Shown here piece after piece: positions 29,540 to 39,255 of a stretch of DNA of 64,000 nucleotides. The position numbers and the translations under genes were made by a program. Source of the stretch: an uncultured bacterium (GTDB taxonomy: Bacteria; Fidelibacterota; Marinisomatia; Marinisomatales; UBA1611); assembly GCA_965660855.1 (NCBI GenBank), contig CBFIBM010000003.1:64001-128000 (forward strand), given 5' to 3'. Positions within the stretch are counted from its first letter, which is position 1. Each line of letters opens with the position of its first letter. The notes beneath the pieces were generated by a model, which did no database searches, was not told where the DNA came from, and was given only the letters and a program-made list of their open reading frames with translations.

Positions 29540-29569
29540 TTGACAGATTCATATTATATGTCGTACAAT
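29540..29569 (+). promoter_or_regulatory. Near-consensus sigma70 promoter
   Basis: TTGACA (29540-29545), 18-nt spacer, TACAAT (29564-29569). Confidence 0.6.
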
Positions 29570-29646
29570 TGCAATTGAGAGAACTGACGTTTTAAGAATC
29601 TCTTCACTACCAAAAAACCAAATTAACATCAGAATGGAGGTCTTTT

Positions 29647-29874
29647 ATGGCTGAAGTAGTTGCAAATACAGGAGTTTCAAAGGATAAGGGCTATTTATAT
29701 TATCTTGGAAAAGATGGTAATGTATGGCGTTCACAGATGGCGCGAGCAGGAAAAGGAGGAGGAAACGCAGAGAAGGTTGCAGATGCAGGTGTAACGCGTG
29801 AGTCCGGTTATCTTTATTTTATAGATAAGAATGGTAACGTTTCAAGGTCTCCTATGGCGAGGGGGCGTAAATAG
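29647..29874 (+). CDS. Small basic protein with an internal two-fold repeat, candidate nucleoid-associated protein
   Basis: GGAGG RBS, own promoter and terminator; repeats AEVVANTGVSKDKGYLYYLGKDGNVWRSQMAR and AEKVADAGVTRESGYLYFIDKNGNVSRSPMAR. Confidence 0.8.
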   Translation: MAEVVANTGVSKDKGYLYYLGKDGNVWRSQMARAGKGGGNAEKVADAGVTRESGYLYFIDKNGNVSRSPMARGRK

Positions 29875-29892
29875 TAGTTTGAATTTATCTTG

Positions 29893-29923
29893 AAAGGCTC
29901 TCTTTTTGGGAGCCTTTTTTTTT
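29893..29923 (+). terminator. Intrinsic terminator
   Basis: AAAGGCTCTC-TTTTT-GGGAGCCTTT followed by a U-tract. Confidence 0.8.
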
Positions 29924-29998
29924 AACGTAAAATACCAAAAAATATAGTAAATTTATATCTGAAGTAATTATTAATTTAACATTAAAATAATTAAAAAT

Positions 29999-30784
29999 AT
30001 GCGAAGTATAATTTTTTATAGTCTATTAATTTTTTCATTTCTTCCTTTGAACGCTGAAGGAATGCAGTTGTTTAGATCAAAAAAAGCATCGGCAAAGGAC
30101 TCGAGAAATGAAGATCAAAGTAATAAAAGAGAAATTATTACAGAAGATTTTTCCAAACCTGAAGTTACAACAAGAAAAAATATAGAATCAGTTATACCTG
30201 TTAAAAGGATACCTAACGGTTGGGTTTTTCGAGATGAATTACTCGCTCCATGGGAGTCTAATCTGCCTGCTGTTTTATCAATTATACCCGATACTACTGT
30301 AGAGGTAATATATCACGACGATAACAGAACAACTAGAGAAGGTTTTGTTTTACCAATTAAGAGAGCTTCTGTCGAATTTCAATATACATCAAGACTAACA
30401 CATGAGCTGATAATGTTAGAATTTGTAAATGTAGACTTTATTTATAGTACAACCAATAATAATGACTCTCATTTTATTCTTGAAGGGATTACAAAAAAAG
30501 TGAAATTGAAAGATACTGGATTCCCCCAGCTTGCTGCATCTGATATTATTAAACATAAAGTCCTAATGGAATATGGTAGTCCAAAGGAATTCGATGGAGT
30601 ATGGCATATTTACGAAGATTTAAACTCTTCTTATAAAGTAAGAGAATTAGATGAAAGAAATATTAAAGTTGAAACTAAGAGCCTTCAAGTATCTGATAAA
30701 CTTGAAAAAGCTATTGATGATACATATTCAAAACAAGGTATTGAATATAAAAAGAGACTAATGGTTCAAGGGATTGATATTTAA
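29999..30784 (+). CDS. Hypothetical secreted protein
   Basis: 261-aa ORF with signal peptide (LPLNA-EG); no family recognised. Confidence 0.7.
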   Translation: MRSIIFYSLLIFSFLPLNAEGMQLFRSKKASAKDSRNEDQSNKREIITEDFSKPEVTTRKNIESVIPVKRIPNGWVFRDELLAPWESNLPAVLSIIPDTTVEVIYHDDNRTTREGFVLPIKRASVEFQYTSRLTHELIMLEFVNVDFIYSTTNNNDSHFILEGITKKVKLKDTGFPQLAASDIIKHKVLMEYGSPKEFDGVWHIYEDLNSSYKVRELDERNIKVETKSLQVSDKLEKAIDDTYSKQGIEYKKRLMVQGIDI

Positions 30785-30789
30785 TTATC

Positions 30790-32091
30790 GTGCACAAAAT
30801 AATCTTTTTAAAAAGGCCTCTGAAAGGCCTTTTTTTGTATCTTGTTTGTCTATCTTTTACTCTGTCTTCACAAAAATATTATCCTGAAATAGTTAAGGTT
30901 GAATTTGAAGGCAATATAAAAACCCTTGATTATATCATAAATAGAGAAATCCAACATCAAATAAATACAAAGTTAGATAGTGTAAAAGCTGAGCAGGACA
31001 GAAATAGAATTGAAAATTTAGGACTCTTTAGTCAAGTAGAGTGGAAAGTAATTCCGCTTGAAGATGGTACTGCCACCCTTAAATTTATCATCATCGAATC
31101 AATACAAAGAACCCCTCCATTTGCTCTACCAACATATGAAGAAGACACGGGTTGGTCACTTACGGGTTTTTATCTCATTAATAATTTTAAAGGTAAAAAT
31201 CAATCTTTAGTATTGGGAGGAAGTATTGGTGGAAAAGATACCTATGGGATACAATTTAGCGATCCTTGGGTTTTTGGTAATCATGTTTCAATGAACTTTC
31301 AGTTTGGAAAAACTCTTTTTCAACATAGGTTTTTAAAAAAAAATCTAGAAGTAAATAGTTTTAATTTAAACTTTGGGAAATGGTTTGGTGAGAAATTAAA
31401 AACACAATTAGGGATAGAGATTGAGAATAAAATATTTTTAGATAAAAATATAAATGACTCTTTTTTTTATTATTCTCCAATATTTACCGTTAGCTATGAT
31501 ACAAGAGATGTGTATTGGAATCCTAGTAGAGGTGTAATTATCTCTCAATATTTAATTAGAAAAAATGGTATAAATCCAAAATCATTTAGTTTAACTCTAT
31601 GGGATCAATCATATTCAATTTTCTATTCAAAAGAATTTTTCGATAAAAAAACTGTTTTTGCTTTTAATATAAGTTCAAAAGTAAAAAGTGGTAAAAAAGA
31701 AGAGATATGGTTGGATTATTTTGGGGGTCAAGCAACAGTTAGAGGGTGGGAAATTCCAGATTCTTCTTTATATTATTCAGGTTCAGAAGATTTTAGATTT
31801 GGCCATGAGTCTATTTATTCAAGTATTGAAATTAGAAGAGAGATTATACCAAAATATGCAACCTCCCTTAAAATTGAATTTGGGTTAGTGTTAGTATTTT
31901 TTACTGATATAGGATTTATAGCAAAAGATTTTAATGCTATAAATTATCAGGAACCTATTTCTGGAACCGGACTAGGTATACGAATACCATTTCCAATTGT
32001 TAACGTTATAAGACTTGATTATGGTTGGGGTTTTTATAATAATAAATGGAACTTTGGTTCCTTACATTTTGGAATTGGACAAAAATTTTGA
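30790..32091 (+). CDS. Omp85/BamA-TamA family outer-membrane protein with one POTRA domain
   Basis: POTRA (FEGNIKTLDYIINREI...RIENLGLFSQV); N..G.NQ, YDTRD..WNPSRG, GG..TVRGW, RLDYGWG, HFGIGQKF; start uncertain. Confidence 0.85.
   Translation: MHKIIFLKRPLKGLFLYLVCLSFTLSSQKYYPEIVKVEFEGNIKTLDYIINREIQHQINTKLDSVKAEQDRNRIENLGLFSQVEWKVIPLEDGTATLKFIIIESIQRTPPFALPTYEEDTGWSLTGFYLINNFKGKNQSLVLGGSIGGKDTYGIQFSDPWVFGNHVSMNFQFGKTLFQHRFLKKNLEVNSFNLNFGKWFGEKLKTQLGIEIENKIFLDKNINDSFFYYSPIFTVSYDTRDVYWNPSRGVIISQYLIRKNGINPKSFSLTLWDQSYSIFYSKEFFDKKTVFAFNISSKVKSGKKEEIWLDYFGGQATVRGWEIPDSSLYYSGSEDFRFGHESIYSSIEIRREIIPKYATSLKIEFGLVLVFFTDIGFIAKDFNAINYQEPISGTGLGIRIPFPIVNVIRLDYGWGFYNNKWNFGSLHFGIGQKF
30810..30836 (+). terminator. 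Intrinsic terminator-like hairpin
   Basis: AAAAAGGCCT-CTGAA-AGGCCTTTTTTT, 25 nt after the 29999..30784 stop; overlaps the nominal start of the Omp85 ORF. Confidence 0.65.
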
Positions 32092-32103
32092 CATATTAAA
32101 ATT

Positions 32104-32697
32104 TTATGGCAGAGGGTTTTCTTTTGGTGCTAAAAGACCTCCAGAAATAATAGTCTTTAAACCTTTTTCAACTGACATTCCAGTAGATATCGTATCTTTT
32201 TGAGGTATCATTAAAAAAAAACCGGATGTTGGATTTGGCGTGGTGGGTACAAATAGATGATAAAAAGCTTCGCCTTGACTTGTTTTTGATTCTCCACTAA
32301 TGAAAGCCATAGTCCATAATCCTTTTCTAGGGTATTGTATGTATACTGCTCCTTCAAATGCTTCAGTAGATCCTTTGGTAAAAGTATCAGTAATCTGCTT
32401 AAGTGTTGTATAAATGATATTCACTATAGGTACTTTTTTTACAATCTTTTCCCCTATCGCAAATATTTTACGTCCTAAAAAATTTGTAACAAGTATCCCA
32501 AGGATATACACAAGGATAATAGTTAAAATTATTCCTAAGCCAGGAATATCAATATGTAGTTTTTTTAATAATGGTCCTGAAATTTCTTCAAGAGTATTAA
32601 ATAAAAATTTAATAACAAAAAAAGTTAAGTAAAGTGGAAGGAGTGTTGCGATACCAGCAAATAATTTTGATTTAAAGTATTTTGTGATTGAATTCAT
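32104..32697 (-). CDS. DUF502 domain membrane protein
   Basis: FVPTTPNPTSGF, YPRKG, MSVEKGLKTIISGG. Confidence 0.9.
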   Translation of the reverse strand: MNSITKYFKSKLFAGIATLLPLYLTFFVIKFLFNTLEEISGPLLKKLHIDIPGLGIILTIILVYILGILVTNFLGRKIFAIGEKIVKKVPIVNIIYTTLKQITDTFTKGSTEAFEGAVYIQYPRKGLWTMAFISGESKTSQGEAFYHLFVPTTPNPTSGFFLMIPQKDTISTGMSVEKGLKTIISGGLLAPKENPLP

Positions 32698-32717
32698 ATA
32701 TAAAATTAAAAAATGTT

Positions 32718-33215
32718 TTATCTGAAAAAAAGATTATCGTTAATTAAGTGACCTTCATGTTCTAATAAATTCCTTTTGATCTTTTTTCCATAAGTGTAAT
32801 TCCCAATTGACCCGTTCGATGGAACCACTCTATGGCATGGAATTAAAATTGGTATTGGGTTTAGATTATTAGCAGTTCCAACAGCTCTGTATGCTTTTTT
32901 ATTATTACAACTAATCGCAATTTCTTTATAAGAATTAAAAGTTCCATATGAAATTTTTCTAACACACATTAATACTTTTTGATAAAAAAAAGGTAACTGA
33001 AGATCAATTGGGATGGTGAATTCTTTTCTCTTCCCATGAAAGTATTCATTTATTTGTTTAATGGCTTCATCAATAATCAGATTATTTTTATTTAATTCTA
33101 GATCAGAAGTGTCATTTAATAGCTTTAAATTTCTAATGCCCCTTGAGCTAGAACATATGAAAAACCTCCCAAAGGTGGTTTTAAAAGTAGCTGAGCTTAT
33201 TTTATCAGGAATCAA
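32718..33215 (-). CDS. ogt: Methylated-DNA--protein-cysteine methyltransferase
   Basis: RAVGTA..NP.PILIPCHRVV active site. Confidence 0.92.
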   Translation of the reverse strand: MIPDKISSATFKTTFGRFFICSSSRGIRNLKLLNDTSDLELNKNNLIIDEAIKQINEYFHGKRKEFTIPIDLQLPFFYQKVLMCVRKISYGTFNSYKEIAISCNNKKAYRAVGTANNLNPIPILIPCHRVVPSNGSIGNYTYGKKIKRNLLEHEGHLINDNLFFR

Positions 33216-33253
33216 TGATAATCATAAAAGTTCTAATTAAAAAACAAGTTTTT

Positions 33254-34174
33254 CTACTTTGAATCCATATAAACTACCACAGGACTTGCTACGAAAATAC
33301 TCGAATAAGTTCCAATTAAAACACCTATGATCATTGCAAATGAAAAGGTATGTATCACTTCTCCACCAAAAATAAATAAAATTAAAACAACAAAAAAAGT
33401 GGTAATTGATGTAATAATTGTACGGCTCAAGGACTCATTGATACTCTTATTAATTGTGCTAATTATATTGGCATTTTTTGAAATTTTGACATTCTCGCGC
33501 ACTCTATCAAATATTACAATAGTATCATTCAGAGAGTAGCCTACAATAGTTAAGAAGGCAGCTATTACAGCAAGGGATACTTCATATCCTAGTAATGAAA
33601 ATACACCAAGTGTAATTAATACATCATGGGTTAAAGCTGCAATCGCTCCTAACGCATATTTAAATTCAAACCTGACAGAAACATATATTAATATAAAAAA
33701 TAGAGCACTTAATATAGCCATAAGAGCATCACTACTTAATTCAGCCCCAACTTTAGGACCTACCTTTTCAATTGAAAGAACAAAGTTTTTCATATCCTGA
33801 GGAACTGAATTAGGGAAAATATCAGCCATTTTACTTGTAAATTTTTTTGTGAATTGTTCGGGTTCATTTTCCATACTTGCAATCCTGACAGCTATATTTG
33901 ATTTATCACCAAAATATTTAATTTCAGCATTACTAAAATTAAAGTTTTGACCATCTATAGATATTGAGCTTAGTTCTTCCCTGATTTTTTCAATATTTAC
34001 TGTATCAGTATAATTTACTGCAATTAATGTTCCACCTTTAAAATCAATACTCAGTTTAGGGCCTCCATTTAAAATGATAGATATGGTTCCTAAAAGTATT
34101 AATAAGACAGAAAATATTGTTGTAATATTTGTTTTTCCTAAAAAATCAATATTAGTGTTTTTTATAATTCTCAT
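33254..34174 (-). CDS. secF: Protein translocase subunit SecF
   Basis: IDFKGG, VGP.VG.EL, HDV, GYSLNDTIVIFDRVRE, GTYSSIFVA. Confidence 0.96.
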   Translation of the reverse strand: MRIIKNTNIDFLGKTNITTIFSVLLILLGTISIILNGGPKLSIDFKGGTLIAVNYTDTVNIEKIREELSSISIDGQNFNFSNAEIKYFGDKSNIAVRIASMENEPEQFTKKFTSKMADIFPNSVPQDMKNFVLSIEKVGPKVGAELSSDALMAILSALFFILIYVSVRFEFKYALGAIAALTHDVLITLGVFSLLGYEVSLAVIAAFLTIVGYSLNDTIVIFDRVRENVKISKNANIISTINKSINESLSRTIITSITTFFVVLILFIFGGEVIHTFSFAMIIGVLIGTYSSIFVASPVVVYMDSK

Positions 34175-34175
34175 T

Positions 34176-36077
34176 TTAAATACTCAAGTTTGAAAGTGAT
34201 TTACGTGAAACGTATGTATTGAAAATTGTTCTTGTAATAAAAACTGCAGTAAACATGCTAATTAAAATTCCCCAAAATAATACAGTAGCAAATCCTTTTA
34301 TTGGACCTGTTCCAAATTGATAGAGTACAAGCGAAGCGATTAATGTTGTGACATTTGCATCAATTATGGTAGTAATTGCTCTATTATAACCAGAGTCTAT
34401 TGCTGTTTTTGCAGTTTTACCTTTTCTCAATTCTTCTCTTATTCTTTCAAATATTATAACATTGGCATCAATAGACATTCCTACAGTTAAAATTAATCCG
34501 GCAATACCTGGTAGTGTTAATGTTGCTTGCAATGACGCTAGTACAGCCAGAACTAAAAGTATATTCCAAATTAGTGCAAAATTTGCAATTAGACCTGAAA
34601 GCTTATAGTAAAATAGAATAAATATTAAAACTATAGTTAGACCTAATAAAACAGCTTGCGTACCTTGCTTAATGGAATCTGCACCAAGACTAGGACCTAC
34701 TATTCTCTCCTCAATGATATTAACTGGAGCGGGTAATGCACCTGCTCTTAAAATGATAGCTAGATCTTTTGCCTCCGAAATGTTTGCAAATCCTTCTATT
34801 TGAGTCCTACCGCTTGGTATTTTTTCACGTATTGAAGGCGCCATGTGGACTTTTTTATCAAGAACAATTGCTATTCTCTCTCCAATATTTGCTCCTGTAA
34901 CTCGAGACCATGTTCTGGAACCATCATTATTCATTGATAAGGAGACAACAGCTTGGCCTGCAGATCCAGTTCCAAGGCCTCCTAAATCAGCACGAGCTTC
35001 CTCTACAATCCCACCAGTCAATTCAGGTTTACTCTCTAGGTAGTAGAGCTTATAAAATTTTTCTGCTGAATTATTAGTAGTTCTCTCACTGTTTTGATTT
35101 AAAAGAAATTGTCCATTTGAATTTCCTAATCTAGTTTGAATATCTGGTATGGCTAATAGTTTTTTTAATGCGTAAATATTATTCTCGGAAATAGCAATAT
35201 CTCCAGATAGAGAAGTCAGAAGGCTTGAGAATGGAGCATCTATTGATTGTTGTTCTGCATCATCCATTGAATTAGTATCACTAGTGTTTTCTACTTCACC
35301 AAATAATTCTGTAACTGATGTTACCTCTTCTTCGGGTTTTTCATCAATGGATGAAGTAGACAATGACTCATTAGATTTTTCAGTTTCTTTAATTTTAATG
35401 ATATCATCTCTTCCTTTGAGAAGGTTATCTATTTGTGAAATCATTTCATTTGTCACAGAAGTGTTTTTAACCAAATAGAATTCTAATAATGCTGTACTTT
35501 GCAGGAGTGCTCTTGCTCTTTCCGAATCTTGAATACCAGCAAGTTCCACAACGATACGATGTTTTCCTTGCTTTTGAATAGTAGGTTCAGAGACACCAAA
35601 TTGGTCAACCCTATTTTGTAATATTTCAAGCACACGATTAATTGCATCATCTGCTTCTTCTTTTAGGGATGATAAAATATCGTCAAGAGAAGATCCATAT
35701 TCATGGTAATACCTGGAAAGCTTAATTCCATCTGATTTCACATTTTTTTCAAAAGCTGTAAAAAAATCAACTTCGGGATCTATTGATTCAACTTTTGCAT
35801 CATTAATTATTTTTTTTAACCTATCATCTTCTAAAGTTGCAATATTTGCTAAAAGAGTTGGAATGTCTGCTTCAAGAACAATGTACATTCCTCCTTTGAG
35901 GTCTAAACCCTGTTTAATAATTTTAGATTCAATTTTATTTAGTTCACCAGTAGTGCGTAAATCTTCTTTCTCATCTTCTGTTAATTTTTGATATTCCCAT
36001 GTTGGCAAAAGAGAATAAATAGCCCATGTTAAAATCAATAAAATGATTAGGTATCTAGGTGTTAAGTTTTTTTGCAT
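34176..36077 (-). CDS. secD: Protein translocase subunit SecD
   Basis: GLDLKGG, NRVDQFGVSEP, GPSLGADSI, DANVIIFERIREE. Confidence 0.96.
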   Translation of the reverse strand: MQKNLTPRYLIILLILTWAIYSLLPTWEYQKLTEDEKEDLRTTGELNKIESKIIKQGLDLKGGMYIVLEADIPTLLANIATLEDDRLKKIINDAKVESIDPEVDFFTAFEKNVKSDGIKLSRYYHEYGSSLDDILSSLKEEADDAINRVLEILQNRVDQFGVSEPTIQKQGKHRIVVELAGIQDSERARALLQSTALLEFYLVKNTSVTNEMISQIDNLLKGRDDIIKIKETEKSNESLSTSSIDEKPEEEVTSVTELFGEVENTSDTNSMDDAEQQSIDAPFSSLLTSLSGDIAISENNIYALKKLLAIPDIQTRLGNSNGQFLLNQNSERTTNNSAEKFYKLYYLESKPELTGGIVEEARADLGGLGTGSAGQAVVSLSMNNDGSRTWSRVTGANIGERIAIVLDKKVHMAPSIREKIPSGRTQIEGFANISEAKDLAIILRAGALPAPVNIIEERIVGPSLGADSIKQGTQAVLLGLTIVLIFILFYYKLSGLIANFALIWNILLVLAVLASLQATLTLPGIAGLILTVGMSIDANVIIFERIREELRKGKTAKTAIDSGYNRAITTIIDANVTTLIASLVLYQFGTGPIKGFATVLFWGILISMFTAVFITRTIFNTYVSRKSLSNLSI

Positions 36078-36165
36078 GTTAATTTTATATTTTATGTCTA
36101 AAAAAAGTTGGTTAATATACTTCCAGCGTATTTAGTCTGGCAAGTGATCAGCTAATCTATTTATT

Positions 36166-37356
36166 CTAAATAATATTTAATTTATTTCCTACGTTTTTAA
36201 AAGCAGTTATAGCGCTATCAAGGTGCTTTTTTTCCATAGCTGCAGATATTTGAATTCGAATTCTTGCCTGATTTTTCGGAACTACAGGGTAAGTAAAACC
36301 AACAACGTATATCCCTTCCTTTAACATCTCTTTTGCCATTTTTTTTGCAATTGAAGCATCATAGAGCATAATAGGTACAATAGGGTGTATACCTTCAATA
36401 ATATCGAAGCCTATATTTTTCATTTCTTTTCTAAAATAATTAGTGTTTTTTTCTAATTTATTTTTTAAAGAGTTATCAGAGCAAATTAGTTCAAATACCT
36501 TATTTCCTGCACATATAATGCTGGGTGATACAGTGTTTGAGAATAAATAGGGTCTTGACTTTTGCCTTAGAAGATCAATTAAACTTTTTGATCCAGTTGT
36601 AAATCCACCAGATGCCCCTCCAAGTGCTTTCCCAAGAGTTGATGTCCAGATATCTATTTTATCCATTACATTATGATGCTCTGCAGATCCTTTACCTGTC
36701 CTTCCAATAAAGCCAGTAGCGTGACTATCATCAACCATCACTAAGGCATTATATTTATCTGCTAGAAATGTAATCTCATCAAGTTTTGCAATTTCTCCAT
36801 CCATTGAGAAAACACCATCTGTAGCTATCATTTTAATTCTAGCCTTATTTGCAGCAATTAGTTTTTTTTCTAGGTCATCCATATCATTGTGAACATATCG
36901 AAGACGTTGTGCTTTACAGAGACGAATTCCATCGATAATTGATGCATGGTTTAAACTATCAGAGATAATAGCATCCTCAGAGTCAAGTATGGTTTCAAAC
37001 AATCCACTATTCGCATCAAAACATGAAGAATATAAAATAGTATCATCTGTCTCAAAAAAATTTGAAATTTTAGATTCTAATTTTTTATGTATGTTTTGAG
37101 TACCACAAATAAATCGGACTGAGGCCATTCCAAAGCCGTAGAAGTCCAAAGCTTCTTTTGCCGCATTAATTAAATCTTGATTATTGGCTAATCCTAAATA
37201 ATTGTTCGAGCAGAAATTTAGTACTTTTCTATTTTTATCAATAAGTATCTCAATTCCTTGCGCTGAAAAAATAGGGGTTTCAATTTTTATGAGTCCAGAA
37301 TCTTCAATTTGTTGAATGTATTTTTGAAAGTAACTAGACGAATGTTTTATTCCCAT
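36166..37356 (-). CDS. kbl: Glycine C-acetyltransferase (2-amino-3-ketobutyrate CoA ligase)
   Basis: NFCSNNYLGL, SVRFICGTQ, NHASIIDG, TLGKALGGASGG; ATG 37356 overlaps the tdh stop region. Confidence 0.94.
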   Translation of the reverse strand: MGIKHSSSYFQKYIQQIEDSGLIKIETPIFSAQGIEILIDKNRKVLNFCSNNYLGLANNQDLINAAKEALDFYGFGMASVRFICGTQNIHKKLESKISNFFETDDTILYSSCFDANSGLFETILDSEDAIISDSLNHASIIDGIRLCKAQRLRYVHNDMDDLEKKLIAANKARIKMIATDGVFSMDGEIAKLDEITFLADKYNALVMVDDSHATGFIGRTGKGSAEHHNVMDKIDIWTSTLGKALGGASGGFTTGSKSLIDLLRQKSRPYLFSNTVSPSIICAGNKVFELICSDNSLKNKLEKNTNYFRKEMKNIGFDIIEGIHPIVPIMLYDASIAKKMAKEMLKEGIYVVGFTYPVVPKNQARIRIQISAAMEKKHLDSAITAFKNVGNKLNII

Positions 37357-38372
37357 AATAAAACAACTTTTCCACATTTTCCAGATTGAATCACGTCAAA
37401 CGCAGACTTATAGTCATCAATTAAAAATTTGTGTGTTAATACTTTGGAAATATCTAGACCACTTCGAATCATTTGAGTCATTTTGTACCAAGTTTCAAAC
37501 ATTTCTCTTCCATAAATACCCTTAATATTTAATCCTTTGAAAATAACATCGTCCCAATTAATCTGTGTATTATTTGGAAGAAGTCCCAGGAGAGCGACTC
37601 TACCTCCATTATACATATTTTTAATTAGATCATTAAATGCATTCGAATTCCCTGACATTTCTAAACCAATATCAAAACCATTGGTGATATTTAATTCCTT
37701 GTAACAATCTATAATACTATTATTCTTAACATTAATTGCTTTTGTAGCACCCAGATTTTTTGCAAGATTTAATCTAAAGTTATTTGTATCTGTAATTACA
37801 ATATTTCTTGCTCCAACAAATTTACATATTGCAACAGACATAATACCAATTGGACCTGCACCAGTAATCAAAACGTCTTCTCCAACCATTTCATATGATA
37901 AAGTTGCATGTGCAGCATTACCATATGGGTCAAAAAAAGATGCAATTTCTGATGAAATTTCATCATGGACGCGCCATACATTTGATTCTGGAATAACTAG
38001 ATATTCCGCAAATGCACCATCCCTGTGTATCCCAATTCCTACAGTCTTTTGACATAGGTGTGTTTTTCCAGCTCTACAATTTCTGCAATTACCGCATGTA
38101 ATATGGCCTTCTCCTGAAACCCTATCACCAATTTTATAATGTGTAACACCTCTACCAATCTCAGAAACTATCCCACAGAATTCATGGCCAATTACTAATG
38201 GTGTTTTTATAGTTCGTTGTGCCCATTCATCCCACTCAAAAATATGAAGATCCGTTCCACAAATCGAGGTATGGGTAATTTTTATTTTTACTTCATTTGT
38301 TCCACAAACTGGCTCGCGGATATTTTCTAACCAAATTCCCTTTGTAGGATTCTTTTTAACTAGAGCTTTCAT
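37347..38372 (-). CDS. tdh: L-threonine 3-dehydrogenase
   Basis: ICGTDLHI, GHEF, structural-Zn CGNCRNC, GIYGREMFETWYKM. Confidence 0.96.
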   Translation of the reverse strand: MKALVKKNPTKGIWLENIREPVCGTNEVKIKITHTSICGTDLHIFEWDEWAQRTIKTPLVIGHEFCGIVSEIGRGVTHYKIGDRVSGEGHITCGNCRNCRAGKTHLCQKTVGIGIHRDGAFAEYLVIPESNVWRVHDEISSEIASFFDPYGNAAHATLSYEMVGEDVLITGAGPIGIMSVAICKFVGARNIVITDTNNFRLNLAKNLGATKAINVKNNSIIDCYKELNITNGFDIGLEMSGNSNAFNDLIKNMYNGGRVALLGLLPNNTQINWDDVIFKGLNIKGIYGREMFETWYKMTQMIRSGLDISKVLTHKFLIDDYKSAFDVIQSGKCGKVVLLWE

Positions 38373-38490
38373 TTTATATCATGAATTTCATACACCAATA
38401 TTAATATTTAAATTTAGAAATAATAATAAATGAATTAGTTTCAAACCTTACATACATTTAAAAAATATTAATTAGGATGGTTTTCTTTTA

Positions 38491-39255
38491 ATGGCAAAAG
38501 TTTTAGCATTTACAAATCAAAAAGGTGGTGTTGGGAAAACTACATCTGCAGTTAACGTGGCTTTAAGTATGGCTGTAACTGAGGTTCGTACATTGTTGAT
38601 TGACCTTGACCCGCAAGCGAATGCTTCAACTGGACTTTCGACCCTTTTTGATGATGCAAAGGGTTCAGTCTATGACATACTTTTAAAAGGAAATGGAATA
38701 AAAAAAGCGATAACAAAGACATCTTTTAGTTATTTAGATTTAATTTGTTCTACAAATGATCTTGTTGGTGCAGAGATAGAATTGGTAAGCATTATGGCAA
38801 GAGAATTTCAACTTCAGAAGGCTTTAAAAGATGTCAGTGAAGAATATGATATTATTATTATAGACTGTCCCCCATCTCTAGGATTATTAACTTTGAATGC
38901 ATTTACTGCGGCAAATTCTTTGGTGATACCAATTCAATGCGAATATTATGCTTTGGAAGGTCTTGGCCAATTATTGAATACCGTTAGATTGGTTCAAAGG
39001 CACTTAAATAAAAAGTTGGAAATAGTTGGAATAATTATGACAATGTACGATGGAAGATTAAACCTTTCTAAGCAAGTTGTAAAAGAAGTAGATAGCTTTT
39101 TTAAGGATAAGTTATTCAAAACATTTATCCATAGAAATGTGAGGCTTAGCGAGGCTCCAAGTTTTGGAAAACCTGTACTATTATACGATGCTAACTCTAC
39201 AGGAGCGCAAAATTATATGAACCTTACTGAGGAGATTCTACAGCGTGTCAGTTAA
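38491..39255 (+). CDS. parA: Chromosome partitioning ATPase ParA/Soj
   Basis: NQKGGVGKTT, DLDPQAN, DCPPSLG, RLSEAPSFG. Confidence 0.96.
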   Translation: MAKVLAFTNQKGGVGKTTSAVNVALSMAVTEVRTLLIDLDPQANASTGLSTLFDDAKGSVYDILLKGNGIKKAITKTSFSYLDLICSTNDLVGAEIELVSIMAREFQLQKALKDVSEEYDIIIIDCPPSLGLLTLNAFTAANSLVIPIQCEYYALEGLGQLLNTVRLVQRHLNKKLEIVGIIMTMYDGRLNLSKQVVKEVDSFFKDKLFKTFIHRNVRLSEAPSFGKPVLLYDANSTGAQNYMNLTEEILQRVS

